DNA of 64,000 bases from an uncultured Albidiferax sp. (GTDB lineage: Bacteria > Pseudomonadota > Gammaproteobacteria > Burkholderiales > Burkholderiaceae_C): positions 6,487 to 70,486 of the forward strand of contig CAUPON010000021.1 in the NCBI GenBank assembly GCA_963513025.1, written 5' to 3'. Under the pieces are notes generated by a model that saw only the letters and a list, made by a program, of their open reading frames with translations, was not told where the DNA came from and searched no databases. The translations under genes and the position numbers were made by a program. Below, one piece after another: positions 19,680 to 29,782 of this stretch. Position 1 is the stretch's first letter; the number at the start of each line of letters is the position of its first letter.

Positions 19680-19698
19680 GGTGTGGCTTTCTTAAAAA

Positions 19699-20103
19699 TT
19701 ATTGACCCATCTGCAGCGTCTTGAGCAGCAGGGATTTGGCGGTGTTCATGACTTCCACGTTGTTTTGGTACGAGCGGGAGGCTGAAATCATGTTCACCAT
19801 TTCGTCTACCGCATTCACGTTGGAGTGGGTGACATAGCCATCCGCATCGGCGGAGGGGTGGTTGGGGTCCAGCACCTTGCGGCCAGGCTGCTGGCTTTCG
19901 GTGACTTCTTTGACCCGTACCCCTGCCGAACTCTCGGCCCCCATTAAGGTAGTCTGGAATACGACTTGGCGCGCTTTGTAGGCTTGCCCGTCTGGCCCGG
20001 CCACAGCGTCCACGTTGGCCAGATTGCTGGCCACGACGTTGAGGCGTTGCGATTGGGCACTGATGGCGCTGCCAGAGACGCCGAAGATGGAAAACATGGA
20101 CAT
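19699..20103 (-). CDS. flgC: Rod protein
   Basis: AQSQRLNVVASNLAN, SNVNAVDEMVNMISASRSYQNN. Confidence 0.96.
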   Translation of the reverse strand: MSMFSIFGVSGSAISAQSQRLNVVASNLANVDAVAGPDGQAYKARQVVFQTTLMGAESSAGVRVKEVTESQQPGRKVLDPNHPSADADGYVTHSNVNAVDEMVNMISASRSYQNNVEVMNTAKSLLLKTLQMGQ

Positions 20104-20128
20104 GGTGATCCTTTAGGTACGGTGCGGC

Positions 20129-20539
20129 TTACTGCCCGGTAATGGCGGCGAGCATGGTCTTGGCTTGGCCGTTGATAAAGCGCAGGGTGGCTTCGTAGCG
20201 CACGGAGTTGTCAACAAAATTGGCCCGCTCTCGGTCTAGATCGACCGTGTTGTTGTCCATATTGGGCTGGCTTTGCACGCTGTAGCCCAGCTTCTGGGCG
20301 TTGCTCAGGCTGCTATCCAGCCCGGGGAGATCCATGTGCTGGGCGTTGGTTTTCTCGCCTGCCATCAATTTCTGGCCCGACGTTGCGGCCGTCATTGCGT
20401 CTTTGAAGTTGTAGTCGCGGGCTACGTAGCCAGGGGTGTCCACGTTGGCGATATTGCTGGCGATGGCACGCTGGCGCTCAGCGCGTAGCACCAATGCCTT
20501 GCTCTGGAAGTCCATTCCACCGACCATTTTGTCCAACAT
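20129..20539 (-). CDS. flgB: Rod protein
   Basis: ASNIANVDTPGY, DNNTVDLDRE. Confidence 0.96.
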   Translation of the reverse strand: MLDKMVGGMDFQSKALVLRAERQRAIASNIANVDTPGYVARDYNFKDAMTAATSGQKLMAGEKTNAQHMDLPGLDSSLSNAQKLGYSVQSQPNMDNNTVDLDRERANFVDNSVRYEATLRFINGQAKTMLAAITGQ

Positions 20540-20601
20540 GCGACACCTCGCGTTATCTCTGGCGAGGCAGCCGGTGCCATCCCGGTTCTCGCGTTGGGCA
20601 A

Positions 20602-20644
20602 ATTATGGGAAAACTTGAGTGTTTTTAGCCGCTAAAGAAGCGGG
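20602..20644 (-). promoter_or_regulatory. Class-2-like (putative FlhDC/sigma70) promoter of flgB
   Basis: Minus strand CCCGCTTCTT-N27-CATAAT. Confidence 0.55.
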
Positions 20645-20757
20645 TGATTCGTGGTTAGTTCGGCCCTTTGCCAAGGCCGGTGCTGCCTATAGTTTGTTGT
20701 GTCAAGGAGCGTCTGGGCGCAGCTAGCTGCGCAGTGCTCTTCAGGCAAGGAGTTTTT

Positions 20758-21495
20758 ATGTTTCAAAATTTGTCGAAGTTGTGGCCCTACGGCACGAGGG
20801 CTATAGGCCTTGTTTTGTGCGCGCAGGCTTTCGGGGCCGTGGCGCAGGTAGAGGCGGACGTGGTGCAGGTCGGCCAGCGTTGGCTGGAGTCCACCGTGAC
20901 CCATGTGTCGCCTATGGCGTCTGCGAATGGTGTAGCGCTGCGCATGGAGGTCGCCGTGGGGGCGCTGGATGCGCGTCTGCGCTTGTCTCCTTGCGCCAAA
21001 GTAGAGCCTTTTGTGCCGCAGGGCACCCGTTTGTGGGGCCGGAGCCGTGTGGGTTTGCGCTGCCTGGATGGGGCTACCCGCTGGAGCGTGTTCTTGCCGG
21101 TCACGGTCAAGGCCTTTGGTCCGGCGTGGGTGGCCAAGAGCAATATCAATGCCGGTGCGGTGTTGATGCCGGATGACGCCATGGAGGCGGAGGTGGATTG
21201 GGCCGACGATGCATCGCCGGTGGTTGCGCTACCTGAGCAATGGATAGGCCAGGTGGCTACGCGCTCCTGGGTGGCTGGCCAGGCCATTCGCCAATCGATG
21301 GTCAGGGCGCCCCAGGTGTTCCAGGCCGGTACCCAGATTAGAGTTTTGGCCCAGGGGCCTGGTTTTCAGGTGACATCGGACGGTCAGGCCATGACCGCCG
21401 GGGTGGTGGGCCAGCCCGCTCGGGTGCGGATGGAGAGCGGCCGGGTCATGTCGGGCGTAGTGCAGGACGCGCGCACCATCCGTGTCGACATGTAA
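20758..21495 (+). CDS. flgA: P-ring assembly chaperone
   Basis: LDARLRLSPC, WSVFLPV, SAF region, GQAMTAGVVGQPARVRM; start re-called to ATG 20758. Confidence 0.9.
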   Translation: MFQNLSKLWPYGTRAIGLVLCAQAFGAVAQVEADVVQVGQRWLESTVTHVSPMASANGVALRMEVAVGALDARLRLSPCAKVEPFVPQGTRLWGRSRVGLRCLDGATRWSVFLPVTVKAFGPAWVAKSNINAGAVLMPDDAMEAEVDWADDASPVVALPEQWIGQVATRSWVAGQAIRQSMVRAPQVFQAGTQIRVLAQGPGFQVTSDGQAMTAGVVGQPARVRMESGRVMSGVVQDARTIRVDM

Positions 21496-21532
21496 AGAGT
21501 AGTTTCTTTTTGGCGTTGCGCAGGAATTGGGC

Positions 21533-21559
21533 TAAAGAAAATGATGGATCGGTCGAAAC
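21533..21559 (+). promoter_or_regulatory. Sigma28 promoter of flgMN
   Basis: TAAA-N15-GTCGAAAC. Confidence 0.65.
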
Positions 21560-21601
21560 CATTGCTACGATGCCTTAACTTCAAGGCTGTTGGAGAGTGT
21601 G

Positions 21602-21928
21602 ATGAAAATTGGACAAGGGCTAGAGTTGCCGGTAGCAGTCAGTTCTGCAAACGTCAAAAAGACCGAGCAGGACAAGGAAGCTGCGGCCGCCAGCTTGGCG
21701 CAAAAGGGCGCACGTGCGACCCCTTCGGCGGGGGCCTCGGTGTCGGTTTCTACACTGGCACGTACGCTGGAACAGACCGATCGGGGCGTTGGAGCCGATT
21801 TCGACGCCAAGAAAGTCGCGGATATCCGTGCGGCGATCAAGGGTGGCACTTATGCAGTAAATCCAGAGGCGATTGCCGACAAATTGCTGGCCAATGCCCA
21901 GGAGATGCTGGACGTAACGGAAAAGTAA
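21602..21928 (+). CDS. flgM: Anti-sigma28 factor
   Basis: FDAKKVADIRAAIKGGTYAVNPEAIADKLL; start at ATG 21602. Confidence 0.92.
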   Translation: MKIGQGLELPVAVSSANVKKTEQDKEAAAASLAQKGARATPSAGASVSVSTLARTLEQTDRGVGADFDAKKVADIRAAIKGGTYAVNPEAIADKLLANAQEMLDVTEK

Positions 21929-21965
21929 GCTTTTCAGGTCTGGTTTTGGAGCAGGGTCTTTAAAT

Positions 21966-22361
21966 ATGGCTGCTAACTATTCTTCCGTTGGCTTAGAAGC
22001 CAGTTTGTCTTCTGTCGAGCGTTTGCTGGATGACGTCTCTGCCGCATTGCTTGCCGGCGAGCCGCTGGTGCTGCAAGCTGCCAGCACCTCATTGCGCCAG
22101 GCAATGATGGATATGGCGCGTTTGGCGCCGGCTGCGACGGGCTTGAAGTCTTTGGATGAGAATATGCGCAAACGGCTGGCGAAGATTTCGCTGACCCTGA
22201 CGCAGCAGCGCGAAAGCCTGATCAGGCGAGCGGTAGTTGTGGATCGCACCTTGTTGACTGTATTGCCCCAGGCACAGCCGCTGGCAACTTATTCAGGAGG
22301 CGCCAAGGCGGGTGCCTACCGTGGCGGTGCCGCCCGTATCTATGCGGCGATTGCAACTTGA
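21966..22361 (+). CDS. FlgN-like export chaperone (putative)
   Basis: Helical 131-aa protein directly after flgM; sequence too divergent for a firm name. Confidence 0.55.
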   Translation: MAANYSSVGLEASLSSVERLLDDVSAALLAGEPLVLQAASTSLRQAMMDMARLAPAATGLKSLDENMRKRLAKISLTLTQQRESLIRRAVVVDRTLLTVLPQAQPLATYSGGAKAGAYRGGAARIYAAIAT

Positions 22362-22375
22362 TATGACTTGGCTTT

Positions 22376-22415
22376 GCCCATAAAAAATCGCCCATCGGGG
22401 CGATTTTTTATGGGC
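22376..22415. terminator. Bidirectional intrinsic terminator between convergent genes
   Basis: Perfect 18-bp arms GCCCATAAAAAATCGCCC / GGGCGATTTTTTATGGGC with a 4-nt loop. Confidence 0.8.
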
Positions 22416-22435
22416 GGGCGTAAAAGCAAAACGCC

Positions 22436-23152
22436 TTAATGGCTGCGCATCTTGGCACGGAGTCTGGCAATGGACTGGCTGTGCAATTGGCAGACCCGAG
22501 ATTCTGTAATCTCCAGTACAGCCGCAATTTCCTTGAGATTCAAGTCGTTTTCGTAGTACATGCTCATGATGTACTGTTCCCGCTCTGGCAGGGTTTTGAT
22601 GGCTTCTACCAGGGACGCGCGCAGCCGGTGGTCGCGTAACAGATGGATAGGGTCTGCGCTTTCGTCGGCGATATGCCGGTCCAGAAAACTGGATTCCTCG
22701 TCCGAGCCGCCTGTCATGTCTTCCAGATAGACCAACTGGGTGCCGCGGACTTTGCCCAGCAGCTCTTGGTAGTCGGCCAACGCCATGTCCAGCTCGGCGG
22801 CGATTTCTGACTCCAGCGGACTGCGGCCTAGCTTTTGCTCCAGGCGCTGCACCGCACGCTCGATTTCCTTTTGGCTCTTGCGTGAGCCGCGGGACATCCA
22901 GTCACCCTCGCGCAACTCATCAATCATGGCGCCGCGGATACGTTGCGTCGCAAAGGTTTCGAACTGTACGCCTTGGGCTACCTCGTAGCGTGTCAGGGCT
23001 TCCGACAATCCGATCATGCCCACCTGGATCAGATCATCGAGCTCGATATTCGGCGGCAGCTTGGCGATCATGTGGTGCGCCAACCGTCTAACCAGAGGGA
23101 CATACTGGCGGATCATGTGCTCCCGGTCCATATGGCCTTTCGCGGTGTACAT
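22436..23152 (-). CDS. fliA: RNA polymerase sigma28
   Basis: DDLIQVGMIGL, FETFATQRIRGAMIDELR, LEITESRVCQLH. Confidence 0.97.
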   Translation of the reverse strand: MYTAKGHMDREHMIRQYVPLVRRLAHHMIAKLPPNIELDDLIQVGMIGLSEALTRYEVAQGVQFETFATQRIRGAMIDELREGDWMSRGSRKSQKEIERAVQRLEQKLGRSPLESEIAAELDMALADYQELLGKVRGTQLVYLEDMTGGSDEESSFLDRHIADESADPIHLLRDHRLRASLVEAIKTLPEREQYIMSMYYENDLNLKEIAAVLEITESRVCQLHSQSIARLRAKMRSH

Positions 23153-23952
23153 CAATATGCCCCCGCCCGATAGCCTAAAGAGGTGTGTGAAGGTGCTCTT
23201 GCTGCATCTGCCAAGCTATGCGCTATCGGAATGGCATTGGCCATTAGCCGCAGTGCGAGCGGATGGGCATCGTTCCAATGCTTGTGCTGCTGCGGAAAGG
23301 TGCGAACTGTCATGAATTCTGTATGGCAGCCCAGATGTAGTTGGGCGCAGCGCTGTAGCGCGCGGCCGGTGGTCTTAGCCAAATTCTCCGCATTTTTGAC
23401 CGGATTGCTCACTACGGACGCGATCAAAGGCACCAATTGGGCCTCCAGCAGTAATTTTTTGAAGCTTTTATAGGCGCCAATGATAGAAGCTCTATGGGGT
23501 GTAACCGCCAGCAATGGCCGAACTTGGCTGCCCGGCAGCAAGGCGGCCAGCATGTGGGCGTCCGCGTACACCACGACGAGGTCGCAGTTGCGAAACAAGT
23601 GGCCCAAGGGTTGCAGCGGCATGCGGTGTCCCCGACTGTGTTGGCTTGCTATGCGGCCAAGCCCTAAACGGGCTGGCACGATATGCCATGGAGATGTGTC
23701 TGCTGGCACAGCTTCCAGCCAGTGTGCGTGATCCAGTAGGTTCTGTAAACCCGGATTGTCATCGGTTTCCGTTGAGCTTGCGTCCAGTACGGTGATACGG
23801 TAGTTGAAGCTTTGTAACACTGCACAGATTTGCCATAGCAGGGGCAGCTCTGTGTCGGAGTCCCCGCGGGTCACCATGGAAATCACACTCCAGGCGGCCT
23901 GCGGCGCCATTCGGCGCAAGCTCTCGCCTTGGTCGACGCAGGACTCAAGCAT
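23152..23952 (-). CDS. flhG: FlhG/FleN-like protein lacking a recognisable P-loop
   Basis: Position between flhF and fliA; N-terminal DQGESLRR; ITVLDAS; no KGGVGK. Confidence 0.6.
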   Translation of the reverse strand: MLESCVDQGESLRRMAPQAAWSVISMVTRGDSDTELPLLWQICAVLQSFNYRITVLDASSTETDDNPGLQNLLDHAHWLEAVPADTSPWHIVPARLGLGRIASQHSRGHRMPLQPLGHLFRNCDLVVVYADAHMLAALLPGSQVRPLLAVTPHRASIIGAYKSFKKLLLEAQLVPLIASVVSNPVKNAENLAKTTGRALQRCAQLHLGCHTEFMTVRTFPQQHKHWNDAHPLALRLMANAIPIAHSLADAARAPSHTSLGYRAGAY

Positions 23953-25384
23953 GTACCCGTTCCTTGCGGGCAGGGGAAGGCGATGCAGGGGTGAAGAAGA
24001 AGTTCAAATCCACGGCTTTGGGGTCGAATGCGGATTTGGTGGTGGAACGCATGGAAGCCCGAACCAATTTTTTGGCGTCAGCAGCCTCCCAGTCCTCGGG
24101 GACGCGCTGGCCGTTGCACACGCCTCGCAGCACCAGCTGGTGTCGGATGATGGCGTCCAATGCGGGGCCCAACTTGGCTGCTTCGTCGATTTTGGACAGG
24201 ATGGCCTGTTGTACGCCCCGGGTCTTGAAAGAGGTGAGCACTTCGTCCATGGTGTCGCCATGGCTGCCTGCATTGAGCACGAGCAGGCGATTGACGCCGG
24301 GCAAGTCCAGCACATCCATCATGTCACGCTTACGCGGATCTTTGGGGGCGATGCCTGTGGTATCGATCAGCACCATCTTTTTGTTGCCCAGCAAGCCCAG
24401 CAGGTCTTGCAGTGCGGCCCGGTCATGGGCCAGATGCGCCACGACGCCCAGCATGCGACCAAAAGCGCGTAGCTGTTCGTGTGCGGCAATACGGTACGTG
24501 TCCAGCGTGATCAGGCCCACGCTATTGGCACCATGGACCCGCACGCAATGGGCTGCTAGCTTGGCAGCCGTGGTGGTTTTACCCACGCCGGTGGCACCGA
24601 CCAGTGCATAGATGCCACCTTGGTCAAACAAGGGTTTAGCGCCGGCATCGGTACGCAGATTGCGCTCCAGCACCTCCATCAGCCAACGCACAGCCTCTGC
24701 AGGGTTGGCATCCTCTGGCAGTCGTTCGATGACGGCTCGGGCCAAGGCTGGTGAGTAGCCTGCGCGGATCATTTTGAGCATCAGATTGGACTGGATGGGA
24801 TCCTGCTTGGTTTTGCCCAGCCAGGCCATGGTGTTGAAGCGCTCTTCAATCATGTCCTTCATGGCTTGCAGTTCATCCACGATGCCCTTGGAGCTCATCA
24901 CGGCCGATGCGGGCGCTGGCTTGGGGCGAGCCACCGGGGCCGTTGCAAAGGGGGCCGCATGCTGCGTGCGCTGGGGTTGCGACACCGGTGTTGCAACGCT
25001 GGGTTGTGCATCCACTTTGGGCGGGAAGATTTCGTCACGCAAACCCGTGCTGGTTTCATGGCGGCGGCGGAGCATGCGTTCGCGCACATAGTCCTGGAAC
25101 GACAGTGTGCTCATGGCCAGTTGTTCGGTGTCTTCCTCCACAGGAATCTGCGCCATGGCTTGGGTGGCTGCAGAAGACGAGGCTGGCGCTGCATGGGTCT
25201 GTCCCAGGGCATAGGGCTCTGATGCCCGGTCCAGTGAGGACAGGGCATCTTCTGCGGTCGCAACCACTTCGACTCCTGTGGAGGTTGGGCGGTTGGACAG
25301 GATGAGCGTGCCCTCACCAAAAACCGCGCGGGCCTTGGCCAAAGCTTCGCGGGACGTAGCAGCGTGAAAGCGTTGGATGTTCAT
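23945..25384 (-). CDS. flhF: SRP-family flagellar GTPase
   Basis: GATGVGKTTTAAKLA, DTYRIAA, IDTTG, SKIDE. Confidence 0.95.
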   Translation of the reverse strand: MNIQRFHAATSREALAKARAVFGEGTLILSNRPTSTGVEVVATAEDALSSLDRASEPYALGQTHAAPASSSAATQAMAQIPVEEDTEQLAMSTLSFQDYVRERMLRRRHETSTGLRDEIFPPKVDAQPSVATPVSQPQRTQHAAPFATAPVARPKPAPASAVMSSKGIVDELQAMKDMIEERFNTMAWLGKTKQDPIQSNLMLKMIRAGYSPALARAVIERLPEDANPAEAVRWLMEVLERNLRTDAGAKPLFDQGGIYALVGATGVGKTTTAAKLAAHCVRVHGANSVGLITLDTYRIAAHEQLRAFGRMLGVVAHLAHDRAALQDLLGLLGNKKMVLIDTTGIAPKDPRKRDMMDVLDLPGVNRLLVLNAGSHGDTMDEVLTSFKTRGVQQAILSKIDEAAKLGPALDAIIRHQLVLRGVCNGQRVPEDWEAADAKKLVRASMRSTTKSAFDPKAVDLNFFFTPASPSPARKERVHA

Positions 25385-27462
25385 GTGAGTGCACCTTTGA
25401 GAATGGGGCCAATGCGGATGGTGTGGGTTTCTGGAATTTCACTGTGTGCCAGCACTTGCAGGCGGGGGGCTACCCTGCGCACCAGCCGCGAAATTGCATT
25501 GCGAATTTGGTCTGGCACCAGCAGGCAGGCGGGTACACCCAGTTCTTCCTGCTGGAGAGCTACGTCTGCCACATTGCGGGTCAGCAGGTCGGCCACGCCG
25601 GGGTCCAGCGCGGGGCCGGCGGCATTACCGAGAGCTTGCACCAGCATCCGCTCCAGGCCGGGCTCGATGGCGATGACGTTCAGTTCGCGGGTCGGGCCGT
25701 AAATCTGTTGCACGATGGCGGGGGCCAAGGCAATGCGCACACGGCGGGCCAGATCGGCCGGATCGGTGGTGCTGCCGGCATGCTCGGCCAGGCATTCCAC
25801 AATGGTTCGGATATCGCGGATGTGCACAGACTCTTCCAGCAAGAGCTGCAAGACTTTCTGGAACGTGGCGATAGACACCATTTTGGGAACCACTTCTTCG
25901 ATCAGTTTGGGGGCCAGTTTGCTGACATGCTCCACCAGTTGTTGTGTCTCTGTGCGGCTCAGCAGCCTGGCCGCCTGCACTTGCATCAAGTGTGACAAAT
26001 GTGTGGCCATCACGGTTTCCGAATCAACCACGGTAAAGCCGGCCATTTGTGCCGCTTCCTTTTGCCGCTCGTCGATCCAATGTGCGGGCAGGCCGAAGGC
26101 CGGATCGGTGGTGGCCGTGCCAATCAGTGGGGTGGTAATGCCCCCAGGGTTGATGGCCAGGTACATCCCCGGGAAGGCCTCGCCTTCGCCCACCACAACG
26201 CCGCGTAAGGTGATGCGGTAAGCACTTGGTTTGAGGTCGAGGTTGTCGCGCACGTGAACGGGGGGAGGCAGAAAGCCAACCTCCTGAGCGAACTTGCGCC
26301 GTACCCCTTTGATCCGGGTCAGCAGATCACCAGGCCGGGTTTTATCTACCAGCGTAATCAGGCGGTAACCCAGTTCCAGTCCCAGCAGATCGACGGGCTG
26401 GAGATCGTCCCAGGTGGCTTCACCATCGGTCGGGGGCGGCGCCACGATGGCGGTGGCGTCCACCGGGGCAGGGCGCTTGGAGATGGTCCAGGCGCTATAG
26501 CCCAAGACGGCGGCCATGGACAAAAACACCGTGTGTGGCATGTTGGGGATGATGCCCATGAACGCCAAAATGCCAGCTGTAATGCCCAATACCTTGGGGG
26601 AGTCGAACAGTTGGTGGATGATCTGCTTGCCAATGTCGTCGTCTTTGCCCACCCGCGAAACCACCATGGCGGCTGCGATGGAGATCAGTAAGCCGGGGAT
26701 CTGCGCAACCAGCGCGTCACCCACCGCCAGTAGGATGTAGGTGTCGGCGGCTTTGGATGCGGTCAAGCCGTGCTGCAAAACGCCGATGGTGAAGCCGCCG
26801 ACGATGTTGATCAACAGAATCAAGATGCCGGCAATCGCATCGCCCCGGACAAACTTGGATGCACCGTCCATTGAGCCAAAAAAGTCGGCTTCTTCGCCCA
26901 CTTCGGCCCGGCGGCGTTTGGCCTCCGCGTCATTGATCAAGCCTGCATTCAGGTCGGCGTCCACGGCCATTTGCTTGCCTGGCATCGCGTCCAGCGTAAA
27001 GCGTGCAGAGACTTCCGCAATACGCTCTGCGCCTTTGGTCACGACGATGAAGTTGATGACCACCAAAATGGCGAAAACAATCAAACCAACCGCAAAGTTG
27101 CCTCCGATCAGGAAATGCCCAAAGGCCTCAATCACCGCGCCCGCAGCGCCCGCACCGGTATGGCCTTCCAGCAGCACAACCCGGGTGGATGCCACGTTGA
27201 GCGACAAGCGCATCAGCGTGGTCAGCAGCAGAACCGAAGGGAAGGCGGCAAAGTCTAGTGGCCGCACCATGTAGGCTGCGACCATCATCACCATCAGCGC
27301 AACGGCGATATTGATGGTGAAAAACGTGTCCAGCAGCCATGCGGGCATGGGCAGGACCATCATGGCCAAAATGGTCATCACCATGATGGGCGCAGACACG
27401 CCCTGCATCAGTGACCGATTGGTGTTGAACCACTGTTGGGCTGATTTGAGTTGCGGGTTCAC
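25381..27462 (-). CDS. flhA: Flagellar export gate protein
   Basis: GAERIAEVSARFTLDAMPGKQMAVDADL, FFGSMDGASKFVRGDA; GTG start overlaps the flhB stop. Confidence 0.97.
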   Translation of the reverse strand: MNPQLKSAQQWFNTNRSLMQGVSAPIMVMTILAMMVLPMPAWLLDTFFTINIAVALMVMMVAAYMVRPLDFAAFPSVLLLTTLMRLSLNVASTRVVLLEGHTGAGAAGAVIEAFGHFLIGGNFAVGLIVFAILVVINFIVVTKGAERIAEVSARFTLDAMPGKQMAVDADLNAGLINDAEAKRRRAEVGEEADFFGSMDGASKFVRGDAIAGILILLINIVGGFTIGVLQHGLTASKAADTYILLAVGDALVAQIPGLLISIAAAMVVSRVGKDDDIGKQIIHQLFDSPKVLGITAGILAFMGIIPNMPHTVFLSMAAVLGYSAWTISKRPAPVDATAIVAPPPTDGEATWDDLQPVDLLGLELGYRLITLVDKTRPGDLLTRIKGVRRKFAQEVGFLPPPVHVRDNLDLKPSAYRITLRGVVVGEGEAFPGMYLAINPGGITTPLIGTATTDPAFGLPAHWIDERQKEAAQMAGFTVVDSETVMATHLSHLMQVQAARLLSRTETQQLVEHVSKLAPKLIEEVVPKMVSIATFQKVLQLLLEESVHIRDIRTIVECLAEHAGSTTDPADLARRVRIALAPAIVQQIYGPTRELNVIAIEPGLERMLVQALGNAAGPALDPGVADLLTRNVADVALQQEELGVPACLLVPDQIRNAISRLVRRVAPRLQVLAHSEIPETHTIRIGPILKGALT

Positions 27463-28616
27463 GGTGTGACCTCGGCCAGAATGGTTTTACTCAGGGGGTC
27501 CAGCTCAGGCGGAACATCGGGTTGCGGGAAGCTATCGGGCATGGTGCCCTCGCCCCGCATGGCCGCTTTGACCCGGTACACATAGGCCAGTACCTGGGCT
27601 ACCGCGGTGTACAGGGCCGACGGAATCTCGCCATTGATTTCGGCATGGGCATACAGTGCGCGGGCCAGCATGGGAGACTGGAATACAGGCACGGCGTTGG
27701 CGTTGGCCACGTCTCGTATTTTCATGGCCACCAGATCGGCGCCTTTGGCAATGACTTGCGGTGCGCGCATGGTTTTTTCGTCATAGCGCAGGGCGACCGC
27801 AAAGTGCGTTGGGTTCATGAGTACGAAGTCCGCCTTGGGTACCGCGCCGACACTGCTGCGCTGGGCCACTTCACGTGCTCGGGCGCGCATCTTGCCCTTC
27901 ATCTGTGGATTGCCATCGGACTCTTTGTGCTCCTGTTTCACCTCCTGGTGCGACATTTTCAGCCGCGACTTCATCAGAAAGGTCTGCAAAGGCACGTCGA
28001 TGGCTGCTAATGCAAATACGACCAGCAGCAAAAGGCTCATGCCCGAGGTAATCCAGTTGGCCAACTGCTGTATCGAAGCGGCTGAAGGCTGCAGCACCAT
28101 GAGTGCAACTGTGTTCAGGCTATTGGATAAAAATGTCCACGCAACTGCTATAAGTACTGCGGTGATTGCTATCAATTTGATAACTTCGGTCACTTGCTCT
28201 TTGGAGAACAGGCGGCCGAATCCGGAGATCGGGTTCAGGCGGCTCAAGTCTGGCATGATGGGTTTCAGGCTGGTCACCCATCCGCCGGCGGCTACGGCAC
28301 TTCCCACCGCGGCAACCATCACGATGCCAGCGAAAACAGCGCTGGCAATCATGCCGATCAGGACCATGTCTTGCAGACGGTCCAGCATACTGCCGTTGTT
28401 TGCCAGCGTGCTAGCGGTGAAGGAGAGTTGTTGGCCCATGGCCAACTTGAAGCGCTCCATGAAGGTCGGAGCCAAAACCAGCAATGCTGCCGAGCCCGCA
28501 CCCAGAACTGCCAGATGCGACAAGTCTTTGGATCGTGACGCTTGCCCGTCCTTGCGCGCTTGCTGCAGCTTGCGCTCGGTCGCGGGTAGGCTTTTGTCTT
28601 GGCTGGATGAGTCCAT
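27459..28616 (-). CDS. flhB: Export specificity switch protein
   Basis: QEHKESDGNPQMK, autocleavage motif LMNPTHFAVAL. Confidence 0.97.
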   Translation of the reverse strand: MDSSSQDKSLPATERKLQQARKDGQASRSKDLSHLAVLGAGSAALLVLAPTFMERFKLAMGQQLSFTASTLANNGSMLDRLQDMVLIGMIASAVFAGIVMVAAVGSAVAAGGWVTSLKPIMPDLSRLNPISGFGRLFSKEQVTEVIKLIAITAVLIAVAWTFLSNSLNTVALMVLQPSAASIQQLANWITSGMSLLLLVVFALAAIDVPLQTFLMKSRLKMSHQEVKQEHKESDGNPQMKGKMRARAREVAQRSSVGAVPKADFVLMNPTHFAVALRYDEKTMRAPQVIAKGADLVAMKIRDVANANAVPVFQSPMLARALYAHAEINGEIPSALYTAVAQVLAYVYRVKAAMRGEGTMPDSFPQPDVPPELDPLSKTILAEVTP

Positions 28617-28640
28617 GGCAGTGGAGTTTTAGGAAACCCC

Positions 28641-28682
28641 ATTGTCTGCAGCCGGCCATTTTTCTAAAGCCCGATAAACGGG
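28641..28682 (-). promoter_or_regulatory. Class-2-like promoter of flhB
   Basis: Minus strand CCCGTTTATC-N26-GACAAT. Confidence 0.6.
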
Positions 28683-28706
28683 ATTTAGAAGGGTTTGTTA
28701 GCAGAG

Positions 28707-29327
28707 TTAGAAGCCCAAGCTTGCTAGCAAGTCATCTACTTGTGACTGGTCGGTTACAACATCAGTGCGCGTGCTGGGATCTACGACCGGACCTGTTAAG
28801 CCTTCGGGGACTTTAGGTGCTACAGGCGCTGCACTTGGGGCGGTTTGAATCAGCAACTCAATTAATTGCTTTTCGATTGTTGCTGTGAGGTTGATAACTC
28901 GCGCGATGACTTGACCCGTCAAATCATGAAAGTCTTGCGCCATCATGATTTCTGTCAGATGGGAGTCAATCTCTTTGCTGGCACGCTCCACATCTGCTAC
29001 GAAGTTGTACACGGCACCTGTTGCTACGGCTGCAACAGGGTCTTTGACGATCAGAGCGGCCAATCGAGTGGTTTCTGCTGCAATAAAGTCATGCTGGATT
29101 TTGGCTAAATCGACACGACTCAGTACCTTTTCTGCCGCTTCGCCCGTCAGGCGGGCGATGTAGGTGAGCCGGCTTTGCGCGTCGGGCAGCTCATCGACGC
29201 TGTCTTTGAGTTTGTCGGTATAGCCTAGTTCGTTCAAGGAGTCGTGCAGCTGCCGCGTCAGCATGCCCAGTTTCTGGTGTACTACTGGTTGGAGGTCTCC
29301 GTCTGCGGGAATAGCTGCGGCGCTCAT
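28707..29327 (-). CDS. cheZ: CheY-P phosphatase
   Basis: [26 protein letters not shown]. Confidence 0.95.
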   Translation of the reverse strand: MSAAAIPADGDLQPVVHQKLGMLTRQLHDSLNELGYTDKLKDSVDELPDAQSRLTYIARLTGEAAEKVLSRVDLAKIQHDFIAAETTRLAALIVKDPVAAVATGAVYNFVADVERASKEIDSHLTEIMMAQDFHDLTGQVIARVINLTATIEKQLIELLIQTAPSAAPVAPKVPEGLTGPVVDPSTRTDVVTDQSQVDDLLASLGF

Positions 29328-29722
29328 GCTGGAATCAACCCATTCTTTTTGAGAATGTGCACCAGCTTTTCTTCGAGAGTTGCTTTGGTGAATGGCTTGA
29401 CGATATAGCCTGCAGCCCCGCCCTGGGCTGCTGCCACGATGTCTTCTTTGCGGGCCTCGGCGGTGACCATCAGTACAGGGAGATGCTTGAGCTTCTCATC
29501 TGCCTTGATCTCCGCAAGGAGTTGAAAGCCGTTCATGTTCGGCATATTGATGTCGCTGACAACAAAGTCGAAATGTACGCCGCTGCGAAGCTTTTGCATG
29601 GCTGCAACACCATCTTCTGCTTCGTCGGCATCAGGAAAGCCGCTTTCCTTTAGCAGGTTGCGGACAATACGACGCATGGTTGAAAAGTCGTCAACAATGA
29701 GAAAACGCAGGTCAGTTGCCAC
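29324..29722 (-). CDS. cheY: Chemotaxis response regulator
   Basis: [31 protein letters not shown]; GTG start. Confidence 0.95.
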   Translation of the reverse strand: MATDLRFLIVDDFSTMRRIVRNLLKESGFPDADEAEDGVAAMQKLRSGVHFDFVVSDINMPNMNGFQLLAEIKADEKLKHLPVLMVTAEARKEDIVAAAQGGAAGYIVKPFTKATLEEKLVHILKKNGLIPA

Positions 29723-29782
29723 GTGTGACCCTTTCGATGGAAGTTACTGAAATAAGACGCATTTTTTTGGGGCTTGGCGTTT

